A stretch of DNA of 64,000 nucleotides from Mycobacterium sp. (GTDB lineage Bacteria; Actinomycetota; Actinomycetes; Mycobacteriales; Mycobacteriaceae): the NCBI GenBank assembly GCA_036273805.1, contig DASUGW010000070.1:643-64642 (forward strand). The letters are read 5' to 3'. The notes under the pieces were generated by a model. That model was not told where the DNA came from, made no database searches, and was given only the letters and a program-made list of their open reading frames with translations. A program made the position numbers and the translations under genes. Positions 17,780 through 28,006 of the stretch are shown one piece after another; within the stretch, counting starts at the first letter, position 1, and each line of letters begins with the position of its first letter.

Positions 17780-18014
17780 ACCACTTCCTCGACTACCCGA
17801 AATCACCGCTTACCTGCATGCCTACTGCCGTACCGGCCGAGCCAGGCCAAACCACCGCCCAGCCGGGCCGCGCTCACACCGGGTGGTCCGTCTCCCCGAC
17901 GACCAGACAACCGGCAACGGCAGCCTAACAGCGGCGCCGGTGCCCGCGCTGAACCGAAACGCTGTGTGGTTGCTGGACGCTGCCGCCGGGCGGGTCCGCA
18001 TTTACGCTCTACCC

Positions 18015-18698
18015 ATGAGCGGAGCTGGGCGTGTGTTGACGGTGAATGTGGCCCAGCCGCGCCGTAACCCCGACCCGACCGCGGGTGGGGGTACCGCGCA
18101 GACCGGAATCGACAAACGGCCGACCACCGAACCGGTCGCGGTGCGCGCACCCGGGCCGATGCAGGGTGGCCTCGGCAGCGGGCTCGTCGGCGACACGATC
18201 GGCAACCCTGCGGTGCACGGCGGCGATGACCAGGCGGTTTACGCGTATGCCCGGGAAGACCTCGACGCCTGGGAGACGAGGCTGGGCCGCGAAATCGGCA
18301 ACGGCGTGTTCGGCGAGAACCTCACCACGTCCGGCATTGACGTCACCAATGCGCGCATCGGCGAACGGTGGGCCGTCGGCACGGGTGGCCTGCGACTGGA
18401 GGTGTCGTCGCCGCGTATCCCCTGCCGAACGTTCGCCGAATGGCTGGCGATCCGCGGTTGGGTCAAGACCTTCACGTTGGCGGCGGTGCCGGGCGCATAT
18501 CTGCGGGTGATCGCGCCGGGAACGGTGTCCGCCGGCGACCAGATCGATGTGCTGCATCGACCTGAGCATTGCGTGAGCGTCGGCATGGTCTTCCGGGCGC
18601 TCACCACCGCCCCGCAATTGTTGCCCGCCGTCCTGGAAGCCGACGCGCTGACAGCCGAAATCAAGGAAAAGGCCCGCCGCCGCACGCGCGCGGAGTGA
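18015..18698 (+). CDS. MOSC domain-containing protein
   Basis: TGIDKRP, HGGDDQAVYAY, FGENLT, SPRIPC, GAYLRVI. Confidence 0.9.
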   Translation: MSGAGRVLTVNVAQPRRNPDPTAGGGTAQTGIDKRPTTEPVAVRAPGPMQGGLGSGLVGDTIGNPAVHGGDDQAVYAYAREDLDAWETRLGREIGNGVFGENLTTSGIDVTNARIGERWAVGTGGLRLEVSSPRIPCRTFAEWLAIRGWVKTFTLAAVPGAYLRVIAPGTVSAGDQIDVLHRPEHCVSVGMVFRALTTAPQLLPAVLEADALTAEIKEKARRRTRAE

Positions 18699-18899
18699 AA
18701 ACGGTGCGCTCCAAGGTGATTCGCCGTCCCGCTCGCACGTTGCCGTGGCTACCGCCAAAATGTTGCCCACTGCTGGTGGGTACGGCGAAAACCGCTTTCT
18801 CACAAATGTATTAGACGTTGCTGCCGCGGGCCTTAGATTTGCCACTTACCGTCTTGGCAAGGGCGAGGTCAGGACACTCACACGGAATTGGGGCGCTTC

Positions 18900-19346
18900 A
18901 TGAGCGACGTGAATGCTTCGACAGTTATCCGGTATGGCAATCCGGTCATCGAATGCGGCAGCGCGCAGATTCGCGCCCTCTCCCGGCAACTGGCGACCGT
19001 GGTGACCGTGAGCGGAACGATCGGCCCGGCGAATGTCGAGCGGATCACCGCCTTCGCCCGCCGCTTCATCCTCGACGACAAGCCCTTTGTGCTCGACCTG
19101 AGCGGAATCGAGTCGATCACGGCCCAGGCAGCGACGCTGCTGACGACGGTCGCGGCCGACTGCGACCGCGCCGGCGTCGAATGGGCCGTGGTCGACAGCG
19201 AGGCCGTCGAGGTCTTCCTGGACTGCACCGGACTGGCCAGTGAGGTGCCGGTCGCGGATTCGGTTCCCGATGCGCTGGAATACTTCGGCGAGGTCACCAC
19301 CCGCCGCCGCACCATGCTGCTTCCGCTGCTGACCAGGACTGCCTGA
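18900..19346 (+). CDS. STAS domain anti-sigma-factor antagonist (Rv1904-like)
   Basis: RQLATVVTVSGTI, VLDLSGIES, SVPDAL, terminal LLPLLTRTA. Confidence 0.78.
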   Translation: MSDVNASTVIRYGNPVIECGSAQIRALSRQLATVVTVSGTIGPANVERITAFARRFILDDKPFVLDLSGIESITAQAATLLTTVAADCDRAGVEWAVVDSEAVEVFLDCTGLASEVPVADSVPDALEYFGEVTTRRRTMLLPLLTRTA

Positions 19347-19375
19347 GTCGAACCACGGCGGCGGACCGGCCGGTA

Positions 19376-20605
19376 TTGTCTGCAGGCATCGTCACCATCC
19401 CGCCTGAGCCGCTTCCTGTCCCCGGCTCACAGATCGTAGGCGCGCGACGTTCGCAGCCGCTATCGGTATTACTCATCGAGGACGACCGCGGTGACGCAGT
19501 GCTCGTCGAGGAATTGATCGCCGACACCGGGGTCGAAATGACGGTCGCCTGGGCATCGTCGATCGCCGATGCCGAACGCGATTTGAGCAGGTCTCGGCCG
19601 GATTGCGTGCTGCTGGATATGAACCTGCCGGATGCGACTGGCCTGGAGGCGCTGCACCGGATCTCCGAGATCGACCACCGATTGCCGGTCGTCGTCCTCA
19701 CCGGGCTGGCCGGTGAACAGTTCGCCGTTGCGGCGGTGGCCTCCGGTGCGCAGGACTATTTGGTCAAAGGGCGCGTCGAACCGGAGATGCTGCATCGCGC
19801 CATCCTGTATGCGATCGAGCGCAAGCGGGCCGAAGCGACGGCGGTCGATCTGCACGCCAGCCAGTTGCGGGCGCGGGAGAATGCACGGCTGGAACGTGGC
19901 CTGCTGCCCTCCCCGCTGCTGCTGGACGATCCGGGCGTTGAAATTGTGGCGCGGTATCACCCCAGTCGGGAGAACGCGCTGCTCGGCGGTGATTTCTACG
20001 ACTTCGTGCAAACCCCGGACCGCACGGTGCACGTGCTGATCGGCGACGTCGCCGGTCACGGCCCCGACGAGGCCGCCCTCGGTGTGGCGCTGCGTATCGC
20101 CTGGCGAGCGCTCACGTTCGCAGGTCTGCGCGGCACCGACCGGATGCGCGAGCTCAACCGGATCTTGCGCGCCGAACGGGCCGGGAGCGGCATCTTCGCG
20201 ACGGTGATCAGTCTGGCCATTCCGCCCGAAGACCTACTGATCACCGCGGTGCGCGCCGGCCACCCCGGCATGCTGCTGCACCACGACGGAACAGTCGACT
20301 GGGTGCAACCGCCCGGCGCGCCGGCGCTGGGCCTATTCGAAGGTGACTGGCCCGCCGACAAGGTCGAATTCCCGTCCGGTGCCGGGCTGGTGCTGCTGAC
20401 CGACGGTTTGTTCGAGGCCCACTCCGGGCGTGGCAATGAACGCCTCGGGGAAGAAGGGCTGCTGGAGTTGGCGCGCTCCCTCGCGCACCTGCCAGGAGCG
20501 CAGTTCGTGGACGCATTGATCGACAAGGTGGAGTCCGGCGCGCAAGCGTATGGCGGGATCACCGACGACATCGCCGTGGTGCGGGTCGAGCGGACCCCGC
20601 GGTGA
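19376..20605 (+). CDS. Response regulator receiver fused to PP2C/SpoIIE phosphatase
   Basis: LLIEDD, LLDMNLPD, GAQDYLVK; GGDFYD, GDVAGHG, LTDGL, DDIAVV. Confidence 0.92.
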   Translation: MSAGIVTIPPEPLPVPGSQIVGARRSQPLSVLLIEDDRGDAVLVEELIADTGVEMTVAWASSIADAERDLSRSRPDCVLLDMNLPDATGLEALHRISEIDHRLPVVVLTGLAGEQFAVAAVASGAQDYLVKGRVEPEMLHRAILYAIERKRAEATAVDLHASQLRARENARLERGLLPSPLLLDDPGVEIVARYHPSRENALLGGDFYDFVQTPDRTVHVLIGDVAGHGPDEAALGVALRIAWRALTFAGLRGTDRMRELNRILRAERAGSGIFATVISLAIPPEDLLITAVRAGHPGMLLHHDGTVDWVQPPGAPALGLFEGDWPADKVEFPSGAGLVLLTDGLFEAHSGRGNERLGEEGLLELARSLAHLPGAQFVDALIDKVESGAQAYGGITDDIAVVRVERTPR

Positions 20606-22230
20606 CCCCGGTCGCCCGCGACCGTTCCCGGTGGTTCACGGTGGAGGGCTGGGTGATCGTGGTTCTTGCGGTGATGGGCGTGATGGTGGTCGCCGGTGGC
20701 CTGGCGGTGGCGCTGCTGCTGCATCGAACCGACAGCCTGTCGCGGGAGCTCAGCCAATTCATCCAGCCGTCCCGCACGGTCGCCTATCAGCTGCAGGCGG
20801 GGCTGCGTGACCAGGAAACCGCCGTCCGCGGGTATGTGATCACCGCCGACCGCTCCTTTCTGGAGCCGTATTTCGATGGTCAGCGAACCGAGCGGGCCGC
20901 GGCCCAGGCTATCCGGGATAGCGCCGGAACCCGTGTCGAACTGTTGCGCGACCTGGAGAACATCGAAGCCGCAGCCGCGCAGTGGAGGGCCGATTACGCC
21001 GAGCCGCAAATCGCGGCGGTGACCCCGGGCAAGCCGTCATTGGCGAGCGCGAGCGCCACCGACCGCGGAAAAGCTGCCTTCGACCAGATCCGGACCCTCG
21101 CCCAGAGCCAGAATGCGCACTTCGATAACGCCCGCACGGATGCGCTGCAGCGCCTTGAACAGGCCCAGCGCTGGCGTAACGGGGTCCTGGTGGCGCTGCT
21201 GCTGGTGATTCTGGCGACCGCGGCGCTGATGGGCGTGTTGATCCGCAACGCGGTGACCCGGCCGCTGGAGGCGTTGGCCGATGCCTGCCGCAGGATCACC
21301 GAGGGTGATTTCGCGCAGCGCATCGTGCCACGGGGCCCAAGTGACATTCGCGCTATGGCCGCCGATGTAGAAGATATGCGGCAGCGGATGGTCGACGAGC
21401 TCGAGGCGATGCGGCAGGCCCGGGAGCTACTGTCCGAACAGGCCTCCGTACTCGACGAACAGGCTGTCGAGCTGCGACGTTCCAACGCCGAACTAGAACA
21501 GTTCGCCTATGTCGCGTCGCACGATCTACAGGAACCGTTACGCAAGGTCGCTTCGTTCTGCCAACTGCTGGAGAAACGCTACGGCGACAAACTCGACGAA
21601 CGCGGCGTGGAGTACATCGGCTTCGCCGTCGACGGCGCCAAACGGATGCAGGTGCTGATCAACGACCTGCTCACATTCTCCCGAGTGGGCCGGTTGAACG
21701 CCACCGAAGCCGACGTGGATTTGGATGCCGTCCTGGACGCCGCGCTGGAGAACATCTCCGCTGCTGTAGAGGACGCCGGTGCGCAGATCATCCGGCCCGC
21801 GCAGCCGCTACCGCATGTGCTCGGCGACCCGATGCTGCTGACTATGCTGTGGCAGAACCTGATCGGCAACGCGGTGAAGTTCCGGCGTGACGATGTGGCG
21901 CCGCGCATCTCGATCGGCTGTGAACACAGTGGCTTTGACGAGCCCGAGTGGACGTTTCGTGTCGAAGACAACGGGATCGGTATCGCCGACGAGTTCGTCG
22001 ACAAGGTGTTCGTGATATTCCAGCGGCTGCACGGCCGCGAGGCATATGCGGGTACCGGCATCGGGTTGGCGCTCTGTAAGAAGATCGTCGAATATCACGG
22101 GGGCGGCATCTGGATCGACACGGCCTACCACGACGGAACTCGGGTCTGTTTCACGCTGCCGGTTTCGGAATTAGCAGCGTCGCAGACAGCGGTCGGGCAG
22201 GACGACGGCGAAGCCGTCGAGAAAGGATGA
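20602..22230 (+). CDS. CHASE3-HAMP sensor histidine kinase
   Basis: Two TM segments, DQETAVRGYVIT (CHASE3), HAMP, FAYVASHDLQEPLR H-box, NLIGNAVK, DNGIGI, GTGIGLA. Confidence 0.93.
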   Translation: MTPVARDRSRWFTVEGWVIVVLAVMGVMVVAGGLAVALLLHRTDSLSRELSQFIQPSRTVAYQLQAGLRDQETAVRGYVITADRSFLEPYFDGQRTERAAAQAIRDSAGTRVELLRDLENIEAAAAQWRADYAEPQIAAVTPGKPSLASASATDRGKAAFDQIRTLAQSQNAHFDNARTDALQRLEQAQRWRNGVLVALLLVILATAALMGVLIRNAVTRPLEALADACRRITEGDFAQRIVPRGPSDIRAMAADVEDMRQRMVDELEAMRQARELLSEQASVLDEQAVELRRSNAELEQFAYVASHDLQEPLRKVASFCQLLEKRYGDKLDERGVEYIGFAVDGAKRMQVLINDLLTFSRVGRLNATEADVDLDAVLDAALENISAAVEDAGAQIIRPAQPLPHVLGDPMLLTMLWQNLIGNAVKFRRDDVAPRISIGCEHSGFDEPEWTFRVEDNGIGIADEFVDKVFVIFQRLHGREAYAGTGIGLALCKKIVEYHGGGIWIDTAYHDGTRVCFTLPVSELAASQTAVGQDDGEAVEKG

Positions 22231-22234
22231 CCCT

Positions 22235-22675
22235 ATGAGATCCACCAGTCGCGCGATCGACGTGCTGCTGGTCGAGGACGATCCCGGTGACGAACTGATC
22301 ACCCGCGAGGCGTTCGAGCACAACAAGATCAACAACACGCTGCACGTCGCCCGCGACGGCGAAGAGGGGCTGGACTTCCTCTACCGCCGCGGCGCCTATC
22401 AGGACGCTCCGCGCCCTGATCTGGTGTTGCTGGATCTCAACTTGCCCAAATACGACGGCCGGCAGCTGCTGGAGCAGATCAAGTCCGATCCAGACCTGTG
22501 CCACATCCCGGTCGTGGTGCTCACCACCTCGTCGGCCGAAGAGGACATTCTGCGCAGCTACAAGCTGCACGCCAACGCCTACGTGACCAAACCGGTCGAC
22601 CTCGACCAGTTCATGAGCGCGGTGCGTCAGATCGACGAATTCTTCGTCCAAGTGGTGCGCCTGCCGCAGTTCTGA
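22235..22675 (+). CDS. Single-domain response regulator (Rcp1-like)
   Basis: LLVEDDPGD, PDLVLLDLNLP, VVVLTTS, ANAYVTKP. Confidence 0.93.
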   Translation: MRSTSRAIDVLLVEDDPGDELITREAFEHNKINNTLHVARDGEEGLDFLYRRGAYQDAPRPDLVLLDLNLPKYDGRQLLEQIKSDPDLCHIPVVVLTTSSAEEDILRSYKLHANAYVTKPVDLDQFMSAVRQIDEFFVQVVRLPQF

Positions 22676-22681
22676 GGCGCC

Positions 22682-23830
22682 GTGGACCTGCCCGTTCCCG
22701 ACCCCGCACTCCCCTACCTGGCCGACGTCACCCCGGCGCTGCTGGCCTGTCTTGGCGTGCCCGAGTTCGCCGGTGCCGGCGATCGGCTGGGCCTGCGTCG
22801 ACAGGCGCCGGCGACCGCTCTGCTGTTGATCGACGGGCTGGGCGCCGAGCTGCTTGACGCGCATGCGGCCGACGCGCCGGTGCTGGCCGGGATGCGCGGG
22901 CGGACTCTGCAGGTCGGCTTCCCGTCGACGACAGTGGCCGGTCTGGCCGCCGTCGGCACCGGATGCCGGTCCGGGGCCCACGGCATGGTGGGTATGACGT
23001 GCCGCCTCGGTGAACCGGGTGAAGTGGTCAATGTGCTGCGCTGGCGGGGGCAAACCTCCGGCGCCGACCTGCGCGGCACCCTGGTCCCCGAGGAAGTCCA
23101 GCCGATGCCGACGGCTCTGGAGCGCGCCACCGCGGCGGGGATCGCGGTGGCCGTGGTGTCCGGCGCGGAGTTCGCCGACTCCGGTCTGACCCGCGCGGTG
23201 CTGCGGGGTGGTCGCTATGTCGGTGTGCTGGGCCTGGGCGATTTGGCCGCCAACGTCCGCGCGGCCCTGTCCGGCGGCGGATTCTGCTACGGCTACCACG
23301 GCGAACTCGACCTGCTGGGCCACCTGCACGGTCCCGGCTCGATGCCGTGGCGCATGCAGCTGCGCCAGGTCGACCGTCTGGTCGAGTCGATCGTCGAGGG
23401 CCTGCCGCCCGGTTCGGTGCTGGCCGTTGTCGCCGATCACGGCATGGTCGAGGTTGGTCCCGGCGACACCGTCGACGTCGAGGCCGACCCGGCGCTGGGC
23501 GAAGGCGTCGCGGCCGTCGGTGGCGAGGCGCGGGCGCGGCACGTGTACGCGACCCCCGGCGCCGTCGACGACGTGCAGGCGGCCTGGCGGTCCGTGCTCG
23601 GGGACCGGGCCTGGGTCGCCGGCCGCGACGAAGCGATCGCGGCGGGCTGGTTCGGCGACACCGTCGCGGACGCGGTGCGGCCCCGCATCGGCGACGTGGT
23701 GGCCGCCGCACGCGGGTCAGCGGTGTTGGTGCGACCGCGCGCAGAACCACTCGAGTCCGCGCTGATCGGCCAGCACGGCTCCCTGACCTCCGCCGAGCAG
23801 CGGGTACCGCTGCTGCTCGCCTACGGCTGA
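22682..23830 (+). CDS. Alkaline phosphatase superfamily nucleotide pyrophosphatase/phosphodiesterase
   Basis: IDGLG, FPSTT, DLLGH, ADHG, GQHGS. Confidence 0.88.
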   Translation: MDLPVPDPALPYLADVTPALLACLGVPEFAGAGDRLGLRRQAPATALLLIDGLGAELLDAHAADAPVLAGMRGRTLQVGFPSTTVAGLAAVGTGCRSGAHGMVGMTCRLGEPGEVVNVLRWRGQTSGADLRGTLVPEEVQPMPTALERATAAGIAVAVVSGAEFADSGLTRAVLRGGRYVGVLGLGDLAANVRAALSGGGFCYGYHGELDLLGHLHGPGSMPWRMQLRQVDRLVESIVEGLPPGSVLAVVADHGMVEVGPGDTVDVEADPALGEGVAAVGGEARARHVYATPGAVDDVQAAWRSVLGDRAWVAGRDEAIAAGWFGDTVADAVRPRIGDVVAAARGSAVLVRPRAEPLESALIGQHGSLTSAEQRVPLLLAYG

Positions 23831-23841
23831 AAGGACTGGCG

Positions 23842-24453
23842 ATGAACACCCGCTGGCATGGCACCGACGCCCCGCGCGGTGACGACTACGACGCCCGCTG
23901 GCGTGCCCTGGCCGCCCAGGGCGAGAACGTCCACGGCGAAGCCGATCTGGTGGATGCGCTGCTTGCGCGTGCCGGCGGCGACCGGGTGCTCGACGGCGGA
24001 TGCGGAACGGGCCGGGTGGCGATCGAGCTGGCGCGCCGGGGCTATGCCGTGACCGGTGTGGATGCCGATGTCGGCATGCTTGCCGCCGCTCGCGCCAAGG
24101 CGCCCGAATTAACTTGGGCTGAAGGCGATTTGGCCCATCTGGACGCCGTGGTCTACGAGCCGTTCGATCTGGTGGTGCTGGCCGGCAACGTGATGATCTT
24201 CGTGACCCCGGGCACCGAGGGCCGAGTCCTCGATCAGGTCGCCGCCCGCCTTGTGCCGGGTGGTCTGCTGGTCGCCGGTTTCCAGTTACGTCCCGACCAG
24301 CTGTCGCTGAGTGAATACGACCGGCTGGCCGCTGCGGCGGGTCTGACCCCGGTGGATCGCTGGGCCACCTGGGGCCGCGCACCGTATACCGGCGGGGACT
24401 ACGCGGTGTCCGTGCATCAGCTCCCGGCCGGACCGCTACGGTCTGGAGCGTGA
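23842..24453 (+). CDS. Class I SAM-dependent methyltransferase
   Basis: VLDGGCGTGR, GVDAD, LAGNVM; AAGGA SD. Confidence 0.88.
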   Translation: MNTRWHGTDAPRGDDYDARWRALAAQGENVHGEADLVDALLARAGGDRVLDGGCGTGRVAIELARRGYAVTGVDADVGMLAAARAKAPELTWAEGDLAHLDAVVYEPFDLVVLAGNVMIFVTPGTEGRVLDQVAARLVPGGLLVAGFQLRPDQLSLSEYDRLAAAAGLTPVDRWATWGRAPYTGGDYAVSVHQLPAGPLRSGA

Positions 24454-25196
24454 TCGTGCTGCTGCCGCCGTCGGAGACCAAACGCACCGGTGGTGACGGC
24501 CCGCCCTTGGAACTGGACACGCTGGGCTTTCCCGAGCTCACCCCGCTGCGCGAGGACCTGATCGACGAACTGGTGACGCTGGCCGCCGACCGGCCCGCCA
24601 GCCGCCGCGCGCTGGGCCTTTCCGAGAAACAGGACGCCGAGATCGACCGCAACGCAGCCGTGCTCGCGGCGCCGACAATGCCGGCAATCGACCGCTACAC
24701 CGGTGTGCTCTACGACGCCCTCGACATCGGGTCGCTCAAAGGTGCCACCGCACACCGGGCCCGCGCCCGGCTGGCGGTCGGCTCGGCACTGTTCGGACTG
24801 CTGCTCGCCGATGACCCGATTCCGGCCTATCGGCTCTCGGCGACCTCCAAACTGCCCGGCGGTCAGACGCTGGCCGCACGGTGGCGGCCGTTCCTGGAAC
24901 CGGTGCTGGCCAAGGTCGCAACCGAGGAACTCGTGGTCGACATGCGTTCGGGCTCGTATGCGGCGCTGGGCCGCGTGCCCGGCGCAATCGACGTCGATGT
25001 GCTGACCGAGCATCCCGACGGGCGTCGCACCGTCGTCAGCCACTTCAACAAGGCGCACAAGGGCCGGCTGGCTCGCGCACTGGTGTCGAGCCGATCGGAA
25101 CCCGGCGATGCCGGGGCGCTGGCTGCGGTGGCCCGGCGGGCGGGCATGCGTGTCGAACGCGACGGCTCGGCGCTGACCGTGGTGGTCACGGCCTGA
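24450..25196 (+). CDS. yaaA: Peroxide stress protein YaaA (DUF328)
   Basis: LLPPSETK, RYTGVLY, SALFG, IPAYRL, VVSHFNKAHKG. Confidence 0.88.
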   Translation: MIVLLPPSETKRTGGDGPPLELDTLGFPELTPLREDLIDELVTLAADRPASRRALGLSEKQDAEIDRNAAVLAAPTMPAIDRYTGVLYDALDIGSLKGATAHRARARLAVGSALFGLLLADDPIPAYRLSATSKLPGGQTLAARWRPFLEPVLAKVATEELVVDMRSGSYAALGRVPGAIDVDVLTEHPDGRRTVVSHFNKAHKGRLARALVSSRSEPGDAGALAAVARRAGMRVERDGSALTVVVTA

Positions 25197-25276
25197 CGGT
25201 GTGTTCGCGCCGTCCGACGCGAAATATGCGAACGTAGTTTAGGTTTCGGGCGCCGTCACGTGACACACTCCGCTTT

Positions 25277-26191
25277 ATGCGGCACAGCATCGAACGTCCC
25301 AAAGTCGAGGGCAACATCGCCGTCGGCAACAATCGTCAGATCGGCTTTGCCGAATTCGGTGATCCGCGCGGGCGTCCGATGTTCTGGCTGCACGGCACCC
25401 CGGGCGCGCGCCGGCAGATCCCGGCGGAGGCGCGCCTTTTCGCCGAAACGAACCACATCCGGCTCGTGGGTCTCGACCGTCCCGGGATCGGCTCCTCGAC
25501 CCCCTATCAGTACGCCTCGGTCGCTGAGTTCGCCGCCGATCTGGAGGCCATTGCCGACGGCCTGGGCATCGGCCGGATGGCCGTGGTCGGGCTTTCCGGT
25601 GGCGGCCCGTACACCCTGGCCGCCAGCGCCGCGATGCCGGACCGGATCGTCGTGGCCGGCGTGCTCGGTGGTGTGGCGCCCGCCGTCGGGCCGGATTCCA
25701 TCCGTGGTGGCCTGATGTCGCTGGGTTCGGCCGTCGCGCCGGTGCTGGAAGTCGCCGGCTACCCGGTGCGCATAGCCGCTGCGTCGGTGATCAAGTTCAT
25801 CGCTCCGGTGGCGGACACCGCGCTGGAGATCTACGCCCGCGTCTCCCCCGAAGGCGACCGCCGGCTGCTGGGCCGTCCGGAGTTCAAGGCGATGTTCCTC
25901 GACGACCTCCTCAACGGTGGCCGCAAACAGCTCTCGGCGCCGATCTACGACATCGTCGCGTTCTCCCGCCCGTGGGGATTCCGGCTCGACGAAGTGAAGG
26001 TGCCGGTGCACTGGTGGCACGGCGACCGCGACCACATCATCCCGTTCAGCCATGGTCAGCACATGGTGGCCGCGCTGCCCGACGCGCACCTGTACACAAT
26101 TCATGGAGAGAGTCATCTGGCCGGGCTGGGTTGCGCCGAGGAGATTCTGCGCACCCTGCTCGAGGTGTGGGACCGCGAGGAAGGAAAGTAA
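25277..26191 (+). CDS. Alpha/beta hydrolase
   Basis: HGTPG, DRPGIG, GLSGGG, WHGDRD, ESH. Confidence 0.9.
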   Translation: MRHSIERPKVEGNIAVGNNRQIGFAEFGDPRGRPMFWLHGTPGARRQIPAEARLFAETNHIRLVGLDRPGIGSSTPYQYASVAEFAADLEAIADGLGIGRMAVVGLSGGGPYTLAASAAMPDRIVVAGVLGGVAPAVGPDSIRGGLMSLGSAVAPVLEVAGYPVRIAAASVIKFIAPVADTALEIYARVSPEGDRRLLGRPEFKAMFLDDLLNGGRKQLSAPIYDIVAFSRPWGFRLDEVKVPVHWWHGDRDHIIPFSHGQHMVAALPDAHLYTIHGESHLAGLGCAEEILRTLLEVWDREEGK

Positions 26192-26196
26192 CCGCA

Positions 26197-26601
26197 ATGG
26201 CCGACCATCCCAATGATGTACCGGGTTTCCCGATGGTGTTTCCGCCGTGGCTGGAACGCCTGCAGATCAAGTACATCAACCCCGCGATGACGCCGATCGC
26301 ACGGCATCTGCCCACCGTCGCGGTGATCCGGCACACCGGACGTAAATCCGGCAAGCGCTACGAGACCCCGGTGTCGCCGCTGCGCAAGGGCAACCTGGTG
26401 GCGATCGGACTATTGCATGGCAAGACGAACTGGGTTCGCAACGTGCTGGCCGCGGGTGAGGCCGACATCCACCTCGGCAGCAGGGATGTTCGCCTGGTTA
26501 ATCCGCGGGTGATCGAAAAGGGCGGCGACACCGCTGGCCTGCCCCGGGCCGCGCAGGCGGTCAACAAGCGCGCCGGCGTATTTGTCGCCGAAATCGCTTG
26601 A
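26197..26601 (+). CDS. Deazaflavin (F420)-dependent nitroreductase family protein
   Basis: HTGRKSGKRYETPV, TNWVRNVLAAG. Confidence 0.85.
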   Translation: MADHPNDVPGFPMVFPPWLERLQIKYINPAMTPIARHLPTVAVIRHTGRKSGKRYETPVSPLRKGNLVAIGLLHGKTNWVRNVLAAGEADIHLGSRDVRLVNPRVIEKGGDTAGLPRAAQAVNKRAGVFVAEIA

Positions 26602-26637
26602 CCGGCAGCAAAACTCGGTCAGCTGAACTGCGGCGCG

Positions 26638-27987
26638 TCAGCTGAGTAGGCGCCGCAGCAGGTGCATCGCAACGGTGGTCGAACGGTCCCGGATGTCGGC
26701 TCGTCCGCCCGGCAGCAGCGCTGTGTGGGTCAGTGCGGAGCCATCGGCGAGCGCTACGGTGAAACACACGGTGCCGACGGGCTTTTCGGCCGAGCCGCCG
26801 CCGGGTCCCGCGATTCCGGTGATCGCCACCGCGGTATCGGCGCCGAAGCGGCGCAGTGCGCCCGCGGCCATCGCTTTTGCGACCGGTTCGGAGACTGCGC
26901 CGTGCTCCGCGATGAGCGCCGGATCGACATGCAGCAGTTCGGTTTTCGCCTCGTTTGAATACACCACTGCCCCGCCCATGACGTACTCAGATGAGCCCGG
27001 ACGATCGGTCAGCCGGGCCGCCACGAGGCCCGCGGTGCACGACTCCGCGGTCGCGATACGCCGCCCGGCCAGCAGTCCGGCCACCTGATCGTCGACCGTC
27101 GTGCCGTCCAGCGAGTAGATCTCGTGCGGATGAGCTGTGCGCAGCGCATCGACCACACCGGCGTAGGCCGCCACCGCCACGGGGTCCTCGGATTGGTAAC
27201 GGGTGACGATCTCCAGTTCGCCGCGCCGCAGGCAGGTGGTGATCTCCAGTAGATCGAAGCCGGCGACGTCGTGCTCGGCGGTGCGCAGCGTCTCGGCCAA
27301 CCCGGACTCGGGCAAACCGAACATCCGGATGGTGTCCTGGCGGTAGACCGTGCGCCCCGCGATCGCCGCCTGTAGAGCCGGCAGGCCAACGGCGGTGCGC
27401 CACATGGGCTGAAGTTCGCGCGGGGGGCCGGGCAGCACCAGCACCGTCGGGGTCGGGAGTGAGGGCGTAGCCCGGAGCGGACGAGCCCGCGCATCGGGGT
27501 CCGTCGGGGTCGGCGAACCGCCTCCCGCTGCTGTGCCCGGCACCACCAGCCCGGGCGCGGTGCCGACCGGGTCGATGATCGTGGCACCCGCCGGAACCAG
27601 CGCCTGCTTGCGGTTGGCCGCCATCACCGCGTCGAAGTCGGCTCCGGGGAACCGCTGCATCAACGAGCGCAGGATGTCGGCGATCTTCTTCTCGAGGTCG
27701 GTGTCGAGGACCAGTTCGCGACCGCAGAACTGCGACACCACCTCGACGGTCATGTCGTCGGCGGTCGGCCCGAGTCCGCCGCTGGTGATCACCAGGTCGA
27801 CACCTTCGGCGGCCAAAAATCGCAACGCGGCGTCGATGTCGGCGGGGCGGTCACCGCAGATGGTGATGTGCGCCAGCTCGACACCGAGTTCGAGCAGGCG
27901 GTCGGCGAGATACGGGCCGTTGGCGTCTGCCACGCGGCCGGTCAGAACTTCGGTACCGGTTACGACAATCCCGGCGCGGGAGCTCAC
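26638..27987 (-). CDS. cinA: Competence/damage-inducible protein CinA (pyrophosphatase plus NMN deamidase)
   Basis: [50 protein letters not shown]; contains a 19-aa insertion. Confidence 0.95.
   Translation of the reverse strand: MSSRAGIVVTGTEVLTGRVADANGPYLADRLLELGVELAHITICGDRPADIDAALRFLAAEGVDLVITSGGLGPTADDMTVEVVSQFCGRELVLDTDLEKKIADILRSLMQRFPGADFDAVMAANRKQALVPAGATIIDPVGTAPGLVVPGTAAGGGSPTPTDPDARARPLRATPSLPTPTVLVLPGPPRELQPMWRTAVGLPALQAAIAGRTVYRQDTIRMFGLPESGLAETLRTAEHDVAGFDLLEITTCLRRGELEIVTRYQSEDPVAVAAYAGVVDALRTAHPHEIYSLDGTTVDDQVAGLLAGRRIATAESCTAGLVAARLTDRPGSSEYVMGGAVVYSNEAKTELLHVDPALIAEHGAVSEPVAKAMAAGALRRFGADTAVAITGIAGPGGGSAEKPVGTVCFTVALADGSALTHTALLPGGRADIRDRSTTVAMHLLRRLLS
27444..27513. repeat. 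57-bp in-frame hairpin-containing insertion flanked by 13-bp direct repeats inside cinA
   Basis: ccgtcggggtcgg at 27444-27456 and 27501-27513; internal GGGC-GTA-GCCC mini-hairpin. Confidence 0.7.
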
Positions 27988-28006
27988 GGTGCTGTGTCAG
28001 CCGGAG

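Noticed and set aside
18756-18783. Possible SigF promoter (GGGTAC) upstream of the STAS gene
   Set aside because: No GTTT/GGWWT -35 at 15-17 nt spacing
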